Of a DNA stretch of 64,000 nucleotides, positions 1 through 11,790 are shown in pieces; position 1 is the stretch's first letter; each line of letters opens with the position of its first letter. Position numbers and translations under genes: made by a program. Location of the stretch: assembly GCA_951406725.2 (NCBI GenBank), contig OX597832.1:47864001-47928000 (forward strand), written 5' to 3'. Below the pieces are notes generated by a model. It did no database searches, was not told where the DNA came from, and saw nothing but the letters and a program-made list of their open reading frames with translations. The DNA comes from Octopus vulgaris. Taxonomy: Eukaryota.

Positions 1-247
1 TCTTAAACGAGGGACATATTCATACGGCACAGAATGTTTTTTTACCTCAATAGACGTCATTGATTGGTTGAAATTGCAGAAATTGAAGAAAAAAAAAACA
101 ACAAATATCTTACAAACTATAGAATTCTCTCAATAAAGCCTAGAGAAAAAGATGTTTTATAAACTCATTCTACCAGTATACGAAGTTTAAAAGTGTTTAG
201 TTACGTGGAAATTATTTTAAAAACTGCCGGTCAAACCGAAAAGCTCC
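1..247 (+). mobile_element. Right part of a Merlin-like MITE (same family as 51171 and 52984)
   Basis: Near-identical to the 3' half of 51171-51584; ends in the TIR aaaactgccggtcaaaccgaaaagctcc. Confidence 0.8.
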
Positions 248-570
248 AAGGAACATCTTAAATTCCAGGGACAGAACCCTTCGGACCCTGTTTACACTTC
301 GGGCGATTCCTACTGAAATCCTAGGATACAGAAGCAGGGTGAGTGGATTCCAGATAGTGGTCTAAGGGAGACAATTCCTTGCGCTTGACTTTTCCTCTCT
401 TGTCCTATGTCAGAAAAACTAACCACGAAGCCTTTTCTTCCTCCGACTTCAACAAAGGTTACGGGTCACCAGGCATTAAGGGTTGGACGAGACGTGTGAG
501 AAGTGACGCGTTTTATGAAAGCGAAACCCTGTGTAACACTATGAACTGGCTATAACCTAACATTCTTATT

Positions 571-1168
571 GCGGCGAGCTAGCAGAAACGTTAGCGCGCC
601 GGGTGAAATGCTTTGCGGTATTTCGTCTGTCGTTACGTTCTGAGTTCAAATTCCACCGAGGTCGACTTTGCCTTTCATCCTTTCGGGGTCGATTAAATAA
701 ATACCAGATACGCACAGGGCTCGATGTAATCGACTTAATCCGTTTGTCTGTCCTTGTTTGTCCCCTCTATGTTTAGCCCCTTGTGGGTAGTAAAGAAATA
801 GGTATTTCCCCTGTCGTTACGTTCTGAGTTCAAATTCCGACGAGGTCGACTTTGCCTTTCATCCTTTCGGCGTCGATTAAATAAGTACCAGTTACGCACT
901 GGGGTCGATGTAATCGACTTAATCCGTTTGTCTGTCCTTGTTTGTCCCCTCTATGTTTAGCCCCTTGTGGGTAGTAAAGAAATAGGTATTTCCCCTGTCG
1001 TTACGTTCTGAGTTCAAATTCCGACGAGGTCGACTTTGCCTTTCATCCTTTCGGCGTCGATTAAATAAGTACCAGTTACGCACTGGGGTCGATGTAATCG
1101 ACTTAATCCGTTTGTCTGTCCTTGTTTGTCTCCTCTGTGTTTAGCCCCTTGTGGGTAGTAAAGAAATA
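571..1168 (+). mobile_element. tRNA-derived SINE (family B) with body tandemly triplicated
   Basis: Single head gcggcgagctagcagaaacgttagc, then three ~180-bp units containing gagttcaaattcc...cctttcatcctttcggggtcgat...aaagaaata. Confidence 0.85.
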
Positions 1169-1227
1169 TAACTAACATTCTTTCTCTCTTTCTATGTGTG
1201 TGTATATATAAAATACAATTAAGATTC

Positions 1228-1708
1228 ATTTGAATTATTTACAATTGACGGATATTTGTCCTCATCTTGTTTGTTGTTAACACATTTCAGCTGATATACC
1301 CTCCAGCCTTCTTTAAGTATCTTGGAGGAAATTTCGAACCTGGATTCTCATTCCTAAGATATTTTTCGATGTTGTTGTTATTATTATTATTATCATTATC
1401 ATTATTATTATCGTTACTATTATTATCATTATCATTTTTATTATTATTATTATTATCATTTTTATTGTTATCATTTTTATTATTATTATTATTATTCAGG
1501 ACACTGCCTGGAATCAAACTCGGAATCTTGGAGTTAGTAGCCCGTGCCCTTAACTACTATGACATATGTCCACTCTTAACCACTACGTAGTGGTTAAGAA
1601 CACGTGCTACAAACCCCAAGATTCCGACTTCGATTCCAGGCAGTGACCTGAATAATAATAATAACAACAACAACATCGAGAAATACCTTACGAATGAGAA
1701 CCCAGGTT
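1228..1708. repeat. Head-to-head inverted pair of tRNA-headed elements with (AAT)n interior
   Basis: 1337-1559 is the reverse complement of 1588-1708 apart from microsatellite length; perfect 26-bp palindrome at 1574-1599. Confidence 0.75.
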
Positions 1709-3728
1709 GGATGCTTCTTAGGTCCAACATTTCTCTCAAGGTACCTACACTCTGTCGAGTTTGGACAGACATTACACCTCCATCGGATCATGCTGGCTTC
1801 ATTCCTCGCGAGCTTACGCATGTCCTCAGCAGTCACAGCCGATGTTTCACTGCCATATAGCATGGCTGTTCATACACAAGCATCATACAGTCTACCTTTT
1901 ACTCTGAGCGAGAGGCCTTTTGTCGCCAGCAGAAGTAAGAGCTCTCTGAACTTTACCCAAGCTTTTCTTATTCTAGCAGCTACACTTTCAGCGCACCCAC
2001 CTCCGCTACTGACTTGGTCCCCTAAATAACAGAAGCTATCAACCAATTCTAGTTTCTCTCCCTGGAATGTGGTGGAAGTTGTTCTCTGCACATTTTCAGT
2101 GTTTATTGTTCCTGAGCATCTGCCACATGCAAAAACTATCTTCCCCGTTAGCCTCCCTTTGATATTACTGCACCTCTTATGTGTCCATAGCTTACACTGG
2201 GTGCATCTTATAGAGCTTCTACCTACACCTTTTCTACAGATTGAGCAGGGCCATCTACCTGAAGGGATTTGTGGTTTGCCTGCCTTCCTACATATTAGGA
2301 CTTTGGTTTTAGCTAGGTTGATTCTAAGGCCCTTCGATTCTAATCCTTGTTTCCACACTTGAAACTTCGCCTCTAGTTCTGATAGTGACTCAGCAATTAG
2401 AGCAAGGTCATCAGCACAGAGTAGCTCCCAGGGGCATCCTGTCTTAAATTCCTCCGTTATTGCTTGGAGGACTATGATAAATAGGAGGGGGCTGAGGACT
2501 GAACCTTGGTGGGCCCCAACGTCTACCCTGAATTCTTTAATGTACTCGTTGCCAACCCTCACCTTACAGCATCCCTGTACATGGCTTGCACAGCTCTCAC
2601 TAAGCATTCATCTATCCCTAGTTTCCTCATTGACCACCAGATAAGGGATCGGTGGACCCTGTCAAAGGCTTTCTCCATGTCAACAAAAGCCAGGTACAGG
2701 GGCTTATCTTTGGCTAGGTATTTCTCCTGCAGCGGTCTTACCAGAAATATGACATCAGTGGCGCTTTTCCCTGGCACAAAACCAAACTGCATCTCATCCA
2801 AGCTGACTCTCTCCCTAATCAGTTGGGCTATGACCCTCTCCATAACCTTCATTACCTGATCCAACAGCTTGATACCTCTTACCTTTGTACCAGTTGACTA
2901 TTATGCAGCTACACCAGTAATTGGGTATGACTCCTTCGTGTATCACCTGGTTAACTATACGGGTGACTAGGTTATGGCCGACACTGCCAGATATTTTGAG
3001 CATCTCTGCAGTAATTCCTGATGGGCCTGGGGCTTTCCCTGTCTTCATGCTTCTAATTGCTTTAACTACCAAAGAATTTTCAACTCGGATAGCTGGTCCC
3101 TCTGTTGGGTCGACGTTCGGCAGACTCTCTTTATCCCATTCATTTTCTTTATTCAGCAACCTTTCATAGTGGTGTCTCCAAACCTCTCTCTTTGCATCCT
3201 CATTTAGCGCAAGTGAACCATCTCCCATGCGAACACACTTCTCTCCTACCACATCACAATTCTCTCTTACACACTGTCTTGCAACACGAAATACCTCAAG
3301 TCTTTCATCCTCACGGCACAGAAAATTGGCAAATTTTTTCTTATCTGCTTACCTTCTGGCTAAATATACCTGCCTCCTAGCTTCCCTTCTGGCAGTCTGA
3401 TACACTTCCCTGCTACCACCGTTCTTCCAGTCCTTCCAAGCCTGTTTCTTTTGTCTAATAGCCCTGTCAACAACATTGTTCCACCACCACGTTATTTTGG
3501 GTCGAGAGGGGACTTTGCACCATCCATAGATCTGGTCAGTGGCCCTTAGCAGGTTGTCCTGTAGGAACCTCCAGTTGTCTTCTATACCATGTGAAGCTAT
3601 ATCCCCTTCTATTTTGTCAAAGGCTTCGAGTAATATGACTCTAAATCTCTGTCCATTTGCAGGATCTTTAAGTCACCAGACCCTTCTTCTCCTTGATGGT
3701 CATCTTCTGGGCATCCATTTAGCCCATC
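1706..3728 (-). mobile_element. Degenerate RTE-clade LINE ORF fragment (reverse transcriptase plus PHD finger), frameshifted
   Basis: Successive minus-strand ORFs carry RT motifs KAPGPSGI, QFGFVPGKS, AFVDMEKAFDRV, HQGSVLSPLLF and LCADDL (YADD to CADD); frameshifts and truncated ends. Confidence 0.93.
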
Positions 3729-4934
3729 TGTCCCAAATATCTGTTTCATGTTCAAACTGGTCTCTCACACCTACCCTACAATGTCATTCTAAACATAGAC
3801 TATCACATCGTCAAAATCATGAGATAATATAAAATTGATTTGAAGCAATGTGGTCAAATGAGCATTTCAGTTGATGGATTAACCCTTAAGGCAGTGGTTT
3901 TCAACCAGGGTTCCGCGGAACATTAGGATTCCGCCAGTACAGTCCAGAGGTTCCGCAAGAAGTTACAAAAATGCTAAAATCTGTCTACCAAATCTACTCA
4001 CAAGGCTTTGGTCGGCCCGAGGCTATAGTAAAAGACACTTGCCCAAGATGCCACGCAGTGGGAATGAACCCGGAACCATGTGGTTGGTAAGCAGGCTACT
4101 TACCACACAGCCACTCCTACGCTGTAATATATCTTATAGACTAACATTATAGGGTAGGTGTGAGAGGTTGGATCTGGCTAGATGAACACAAAACAGGAAG
4201 AATATTTTGGCTGGATATGGCCAGTTTAAATGCTAAAAGGTTTTAAATATTTATCCCATATATCGACAGCTGTTTCATAATCTGAGTCCAGTTACAGCAC
4301 CAACACTAATGTGTGTTGGATGCTTTTGTGCTCGTGATGTAATTGGATGCAGATTACAGAACACTTATCAACATATGGAATAAATATTTTATCCCTCAAT
4401 CCACTGGAATCTGATCATTTGATCTGTGTGTGTGTGATTTTTCTATTCTGGAGGGAAAGCAGTACCTGTGGCACTTTGCAGGGCCGTCTGAGAATTGCTG
4501 GAGGTCGGAGAATGTTACCTACAAGCTGGAGATTTGGCTTGGAAGCTTGCAACAGAATGGACATTGTTAAAAGGTTCTCAAGGTGCTAAACCATGCTACA
4601 GATTAAGTTGTATGTATGTCTCAGTGTCTGTGCTCATGTGTACTGAACTGTGACCATTTATATCAAAAACATGATTTAGTGATTCAGTAAAGATTAATAT
4701 GTAACTGCCGGTGGCACGTAAAAAGCACCAACCGATCATGGCCGTTGCTGGAGGTCGGAGAATGTTACCTTCAAACTGGAGATTTGGCTTGGAAGCTTGC
4801 AAAAGAATGGACATTGTTAACCCTTTCGATACCAACCCGGCCGAAACTGGCCCTGGCTCTGTAGTACAAATGTCTTATTTTCATAAGGCAATGAAATGAT
4901 GGAGTTCATTGATTTTTATTTCTTTACAGATCAC

Positions 4935-5330
4935 AGGCGCAGGAGTGGTTGTGTGGTAAGTAGCTTGCCTACCAACCACATGGTTCTGGGTTCAGTCCCA
5001 CTGCGTGGCATCTTGGGCAAGTATCTTCTGCTATAGCCTCGGGCCGACCAATGCCTTGTGAGTGGATTTAGTAGACGGAAACTGAAAGAAGCCTGTCGTA
5101 TATATGTATATATATGTATGTATGTGTATGTATATATTTGTGTGTCTGTGTTTGTCCCTCTAGCATTGCTTGACAACCGATGCTGGTGTGTTTACGTCAC
5201 CGTCACTTAGCGGTTCGGCAAAAGAGACCGATAGAATAAGTACTGGGCTTACAAAGAATAAGTCCCGGGGTCGATTTGCTCAACTAAAGGCGGTGCTCCA
5301 GCATGGCCGCAGTCAAATGACTGAAACAAG
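4935..5330 (+). mobile_element. tRNA-derived SINE family A (~400 bp, internal (TA)n/(TG)n)
   Basis: Head aggcgcaggagtggttgtgtggtaag...ggttcagtccc; near-identical copies at about 8236, 10135(-), 15300, 21445(-), 25838(-), 33148, 38075(-) and 60132(-). Confidence 0.85.
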
Positions 5331-5549
5331 TTGGTAGGGTTTGATGGCGGTCACCTGCTAACAGCATTGACATTTTGAAGAAGTAACTGTTAGGTTTAGA
5401 ATGATATTGTTGGGCTGGGGTGAAAGGTCAGATCTGGCCAGTTTGAACGTAAAGCAGGTAGAGTATTTTGGACAGAAATGGTTGGTTTAAATGTTAAAGC
5501 GCTAATGTAATCTTAATCGAAACTGTCCATCAAGATTTCATGTTAATGT

Positions 5550-5870
5550 GAAGGCGCGTGGCTCAGTGGTTAGAGCGTCGAGCTTACGATCGTGAGGTTG
5601 TGAGTTTGAATCCCGGACCGGGCTGCGTGTTGTGTTCTTGAGCAAGACACTTTATTTCACGTTGCTCCAGTTCACTCAGCTGTAGAAATGAGTTGCGATC
5701 TCACAGGTGCCAAGTTGTATCGGCCCCTTTGCTGTTCTCTTGGATAACATCAGTGGTGTGGAGAGGGGAGGCCGGTATGCATGGGCAACTGCTGGTCTTA
5801 CATAAACAACCTTGCCTGGACTTGTGCCTGGGAGGGTAACTTTCTAGGTGCAATCCCATGGTCAGTGTCG
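5550..5870 (+). mobile_element. tRNA-derived SINE with CORE-like segment
   Basis: A box tggctcagtggttagagc, B box gagtttgaatccc, then tgtgttcttgagcaagacactt. Confidence 0.7.
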
Positions 5871-7098
5871 TGACCGAAGGGGGTCTCAGCATCAGCAATG
5901 TTGTAAACACCAGCTTAATAATGTCAATGTTGTTTTACTGAATTCTTCCTTATTTTCGAGATTAATTAAAACAATGGCAGTGTACTTCAAGAGAAATATA
6001 GTGACAATCATCTTCATCATCATTGTTTAACATCCGTTTTCCATGCTGGCATGGGTTGGACGGTTTGACTGAGGACTGGCAAGCTGAGAGGCTGCACCAG
6101 ACTCCAATCTGATTTGGCAAGGTTTCTACAGCTGGATACCTTTTATGTGCCACCGGCATGGGAGCCAGTCAGGTGGCACTGGTATCAACCATGTTCAAAT
6201 GGTGCGTTTTACGTGTCACCGGCACAGGTGCCAGTCAAGCAGCACTGGCATTGGTCACACTTGAATGGTGCTTTTTACATGCCACCGGCAGAGGCCACTG
6301 GCATTGGTCACGAGCTGGCAGAAACGTTAGCACGCCGGGCGAAATGCGTAGCCGTATTTCGTCTGTCGTTACGTTGTGAGTTCAAATTCCGCCGAGGTCA
6401 ACTTTGCCTTTCATCCTTTCGGGGTCGATAAATTAAGTACCAGTTATGCACTGGGGGCGATGTAATCGACTTAATACCTATGTCTGCCTTTGTTTGTCCC
6501 TTCTATGTTTAGCCCCTTGTGGGTAATAAAGAAATAGGCATTGGTCACACTCGAATGGTGCTTTTTACGTGCCACATGCCAACCCCCTTGCTTGCGAAGA
6601 CATGTTGGGGCAAGATCCCTGGTCTGGTGGTACGTAAAAAGCACCCACTACACTCACGGAGTGGTTGGCGTTAGGAAGGGCATCCAGCTGTAGAAACATT
6701 GCCAGATAAAACTGGAGCCTGGAGCAGCCTTCTGGCTTCTCAGATCCCCGGTCGAACCGTCCAACCCATGCTAGCATGGAGAACGGATGTTAAACGATGA
6801 TGATGATGATGATGATGATGATGGCACAGGTGCTAGTCAGGTGGCACTAAAGAGTTTAAAATAAAAAAAAATTTTTTAAAGTAAAAAAACTGCAAAAAAA
6901 AAAAAAAAAAATTAATATACAACAACATCAAGGCATACTTCGAAATAAATATATTGTATTTTTTCTTTTCTTTTCCTTGTAAATAATTGATGTTTTTTTT
7001 TTTTTTACATTTACAATAGTATACAAAAAAGACGAGATAAACAAAATAAAAAAAAAAACACCCATGCCTATTGACTTGCTTGCAATAACATATAAAGT

Positions 7099-7833
7099 TT
7101 AAGCTTCATCATCAGCATTGGCTGCAGAATCCTCGTCCTTATCGTCGTCGTGGTCATCTTCGTCGTCGAGATCATAATCATCATCACCAGTATCGTAATT
7201 GACAACATCATCGCCGTCGTGCTTTTTGATGTCACCACCACCACCACCACCACCACCGCTTCCTCCGCTACCACCCCCGAATTCATCGTCACTTCCGTTG
7301 CATTTATCATCAGTTCCTACGATAACGGATATAGCGTCGGCATCGTATATACAGTCCCAGCTACAGGGCTCAGCATCCGAGTTGCTATATTCGATCTGGA
7401 TATCGTAGATGAAATCTTTGTCTGTTGGCTTTGTTGCGTTCTTCTCAAAAAGTTTCTCCATGATGGCTTTCCTCGCGTTCAGATCTTCGTCCCCAAGCTT
7501 GTTTAAGTCTTCGTCGGGGTTAACTAATAAACGCTTTTCCAATTGCTTTCTCTGAACATACTCTTTGATTGTGGAACCGTTCAAGCAGTCTTTTAGCATG
7601 TTGAGTAAGTTCTCGAGCTGTGCGCGGGGAAGTTTCTTGACAAACTTTTGATGGCGGGGGTTGTTCAGCAGTTCTTCGGAGATGGTCTCTATTTTGGATT
7701 TAGCATTGAAAAAGCGCAGAGGCATGGTCCTTCGTCTGATTTTCTCACTCGAAGAATAGGAATAAGTTATAATAAGTGCCGGTGGACGTACCCGTATCCC
7801 ACACTTGTGGCACACTACATCATGATCTTCCAT
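7099..7833 (-). CDS. CEP19: Centrosomal protein of 19 kDa (CEP19), 244 aa, single coding exon
   Basis: KCGIRVRPPALII, RRRTMPLRFF, LNNPRH, PDEDLNKL, MEKLFEKN, FIYDIQIEY and SWD match CEP19 as I recall it; ATG at 7833; acceptor ttttcttcttttacag ends at 7865, implying a 5'UTR intron. Confidence 0.93.
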   Translation of the reverse strand: MEDHDVVCHKCGIRVRPPALIITYSYSSSEKIRRRTMPLRFFNAKSKIETISEELLNNPRHQKFVKKLPRAQLENLLNMLKDCLNGSTIKEYVQRKQLEKRLLVNPDEDLNKLGDEDLNARKAIMEKLFEKNATKPTDKDFIYDIQIEYSNSDAEPCSWDCIYDADAISVIVGTDDKCNGSDDEFGGGSGGSGGGGGGGGDIKKHDGDDVVNYDTGDDDYDLDDEDDHDDDKDEDSAANADDEA

Positions 7834-8235
7834 TTTGAAAACCAAATTTTGTTTGTTTTTCACTCTGTAAAAGAAGAAAACCAGAAATTAATAGAGTATT
7901 TATGTCAGGTGGAGATTGAGTTGTTAGAGAATCAGATAAAATACCTTGGAATATTTGCTTGTCTCTTTGCATCCTCAGTTCAAGAAGCTACCCAGATTCA
8001 TGTTACCTTTCACCTTTCATCCTCATTTGAACTCATCATCATCATCATCGTTTAACGTCCGTTCTCCATGCTAGCATGGGTTGGACGGTTCGACCGGGGA
8101 TCTGGGACGCCAGGACCATGAAAACTTCAAACATGAACTGGGGTTGTTTAAATAGCTTGTCTTCTAAAGCTTCTGTGCAGTTTTAATCAGGTAGCATATT
8201 TTCTAAAACAAATTATTTTTGAATTCCAAATATAT

Positions 8236-8403
8236 AGGCGCAGGAGTGGCTGTGTGGTAAGTAGCTTGCTTACCAGCCACATGGTTCCGGGTTCAGTCCC
8301 ACTGCGTGGCACCTTGGAGAAGTGTCTTCTACTATAGCCTCGGGCCGACCAAAGCCTTGTGAGTGGATTTGGTAGACGGAAACTGAAAGAAGCCCATTGT
8401 ATA

Positions 8404-8441
<38 letters not shown>

Positions 8442-8859
8442 ATATATATACGTGCGGGTGGCACGTAAAAAGCACCCACTACACTCACGGAGTGATTGGC
8501 GTTAGGAAGGGCATCCAGCTGTAGAAACACTGCCAGATCTGACTGGGCCTGATGAAGCCTTCCAGCTTCACAGACCCCAGTTGAACCGTCCAACCCATGC
8601 TAGCATGGAAAACGGACGCTAAATGATGATGATGATATATGTGTGTGTGTGCGTGTGTGTTTGTCCCACTGGCATTGCTTGACAACCGATGCTGGTATGT
8701 TTATGTCCCCGTCACTTAGCGGTTCGGCAAAAAGAGACCGATAGAATAAGTACTGGGCTTACAAAAGAATAAGTCCCGGGGTCTAGTTGCTCGACTAAAG
8801 GCGGTGCTCCAGCATGGCCGCAGTCAAATGACTGAAACAAGTAAAAGAGAGTAAAGAGC
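8236..8859 (+). mobile_element. SINE family A with a family C element nested in its (TA)n tract
   Basis: Family A head and tail interrupted at about 8451-8635 by a ggcacgtaaaaagcacccac...(GAT)n element. Confidence 0.8.
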
Positions 8860-9539
8860 ATATCACTAGCTGTTCCTTTCACAGCAAGATGAAAAATTAG
8901 ATTTTCTGCTTAAATCTAGCCAGTTATTCAAACGGTTACAAACATGGACCCCACCACCCTAATTTCACTGGTTATGGAAATGTCTGACTTTATGCACACA
9001 CATCAAACTTTAAGTAAAGAAAAACAAAATATTATTCGTGATCAGAATGTCTGTTATAATCTCTTGCAAATTCTTCCAACATGTTTTCTGTTTATTCAGT
9101 AAATAACTTTTATTTTTTAGTTGTTTCAGTCATTAGACCGTGGCCATGCTGGGACACAGTCATGAAGAATTTTTTTATCAAATAAATCAACGCCATAACT
9201 TATTTTTTAAAACCTGGTACCTTATTCCATCGGTCTCTTTTCCCAAACTAAGTTATATATTTCTTTATTGCCCACAAGGGGCTAAACATAGAGGAGACAA
9301 ACAAAGGGATTAAGTCAACTACATCGACCCCAGTGCGTAACTGGTACTTAATTTATCGGCCCGGGAAGGATGAAAGGCAAAGTCGACCCTCGGCGGAATT
9401 TTGAACTCAGAACGTAGCGACAGACGAAATACTGCTGAGCATTTCGCCCGGCGTGCTAACGCTTCTGCCAGCTCGCCGCTAAGTTATAGTAATGTAAACA
9501 CACCAACACTGGTTGTCAAAGCAGTGGGTGGGAGTCACA

Positions 9540-9862
9540 GGCCTGTGATATGCAGGACACTGACTGGGAGAACAATGCCTGTCATTGCCACAGATGGAGG
9601 AAGCAGGTTAAGGAGGGGATCAACACTTTTGAGAGAGCACGTATCCAGCATGAAGAACTTAAGCGAGCTGCGCGAAAGCGCACTGCTTGTATAGTGAATG
9701 GGGAAAGCTTGGTCTGCAGTGTTTGCAGTCGTGTATTCTTGTCAATAGCAGGGCTCATTAGCCACCAATGGAGCAGCAAATGCAAAATATAAGTTAGTCC
9801 TAGAGCGCACAATGTTCCTGAAGGTCGGCAATGGTCTTCCTCGGTCACGAGTGGACGGCCAT
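9540..9862 (+). mobile_element. LINE (RTE-like) 3' end with C2H2-type zinc finger
   Basis: Translation ...HRWRKQVKEGINTFERARIQHEELKRAARK...CSVCSRVFLSIAGLISHQ. Confidence 0.65.
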
Positions 9863-10330
9863 CATATATATGTATGTATGTATATATGATGGGCATCTTT
9901 CAGTTTCTGCCTACCAAATCCACTCGCAAAGCTTTGGCTGGCCAAGACTATAGTAGAAGACACTTGCCCATGGTGTCATGCAGCAGGACTGAACCTGAAA
10001 CCACGTGGTTGGGAAGCAAGCATTCTAACCACACAGCTACAGAGATGTTAATACAAGGTTTATAGCAGACTCTATTCTTGTGCATCTTTTCTTTCTTTCT
10101 TTCTTTGAAACTATGACAACAAAGTATAGCATATACTCTTGTAATTGTTTCAGTCATTTGACTGCGGCCATGCTGGAGCACCGCCTTTAATCGAGCAACT
10201 CGACCCCGGGCCTTATTCTTTTGTAAGCCCAGTACTTATTCTATCGGTCTCTTTTGCCGAACCGCTAAGTAACAGGGACATAAACACACCAGCATCGGTT
10301 GTCAAGCAATGCTAGGGGGACAAACACAAA

Positions 10331-10372
<42 letters not shown>

Positions 10373-10786
10373 TACGACGGGCTTCTTTCAGTTTCCGTCT
10401 ACCAAATCCACTCACAAGGCTTTGGTCGGCCCGAGGCTATAGTAGAAGACACTTGCCCAAGGTGCCACGCAGTGGGACTGAACCCGGAACCATGTGGTTG
10501 GTAAACAAGCTACTTACCACACAGCCACTCCTGCGCATCTACTAGGATAGACACAACTCGATCTTACCAAATCAATAACATTCAAAGACTGCGATACAAA
10601 GGGTAGTGTCAAACTGTAAGCATCAGAGAAGCAGGACCAAAAATAACAAGATGTAGCATATTCAGAGACCTATACACTAGTATTTACGTGGCAAAAACCT
10701 GTAAATATTACTGCCAACCACATCATAATGGCAGCTCACTTTCTGATATGCCTAACAACACAAAGAACCTAATGCTAGCAATGATC

Positions 10787-11122
10787 TCCACCCGTGGACA
10801 TATCTACAAAGTCAGAAAACAGCACAGCTCCCATGACTTTAGGAAACATTTTTTCACGCTGAGAGTTGCTGAAGCATGGAACAAACTGTCGGCATCAGTT
10901 GTTAGTTGTTGGAGCACTGCATCCTTCAAAACTTCCATGCTTTCTGAGATTCGCCAACACTACACCTGATTTTCTCCCCTCCATACACACGCAAGCATGT
11001 GTATGGACTCATACATTGTTCGCTTTCCAGACATTACTGCATGTACTTTATACGCACTTTCTGACAAGTTGTGGTGCACCTGAGTATTGTATACAATAAT
11101 TTCATTATTATTATTATTATTA
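10787..11122 (+). mobile_element. CR1-type LINE 3' end
   Basis: TRGHIYKVRKQHSSHDFRKHFFTLRVAEAWNKL...; (ATT)n tail. Confidence 0.85.
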
Positions 11123-11454
11123 ACATTAAAGACTTGTATGGGAAATGACATAAGTTGATTGAAATAATCTCAGTAAGTGATTAGTGTTTACTGCACTGAA
11201 TGGAATATATGGAAAGTGGATTCTGGCAAGGTTTAGAGTGCAAAACAAGACTAAGCATAACAATCACTAACATTCTGCCATTCTAATATTTTGTTTTAGC
11301 GATTGACAAACTTCTTCGGGCCCGGGGAAAGAATTCTGAGCTCAGCAAGACCAGTAAACAAAGTGTTTTCCTATTACACAATAATCTCATATCCAATTGA
11401 TCATACTAGTGAACTGTATATTTTATTGGTTATCTACTTACTAACTTGTACTTG

Positions 11455-11790
11455 TGGCGACATTCACCCTGGGCGGGTTGAGTCGGCTTCTTCCTTGGAA
11501 GAAGTTTCGTGGGAATATGTGGATTTCACAAGCGGTCCCCAACAATCCCGCATGTGGAGACATCCTATTTGCCGCAGATTGTCCACAGACGCAGGGACAG
11601 AACGACCAAGGAGCCGCCGGTTGCCGAAACAGACACTCTGAGGATTTTCACCAGAGCCCCGCCTGCCAGGTTCTGGCCCTAATACCACTCGGTGTCAGAC
11701 CAATCCGCCTTGGGTGGCCCTACCGGGAACCGAAGTTCCCGACGGCATAGCTCTGACACTACCCGTTGCCAGCGTCACCCACCACGGTGG
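11455..11790 (-). mobile_element. Isolated 5'UTR / ORF start of an RTE-type LINE
   Basis: GC-rich island; minus strand reads gagctatgccgtcgggaacttcggttcccggtagggccacccaaggcgg...ccagaac, resembling RTE 5'UTR motifs as I recall them. Confidence 0.55.

Noticed and set aside
1267-1590. Poly-Leu and poly-Asn ORFs
   Set aside because: Translations of an (AAT)n microsatellite inside a repeat.
5550-5625. tRNA gene
   Set aside because: A and B boxes are present, but the sequence continues into a SINE body and I could not fold a proper cloverleaf.
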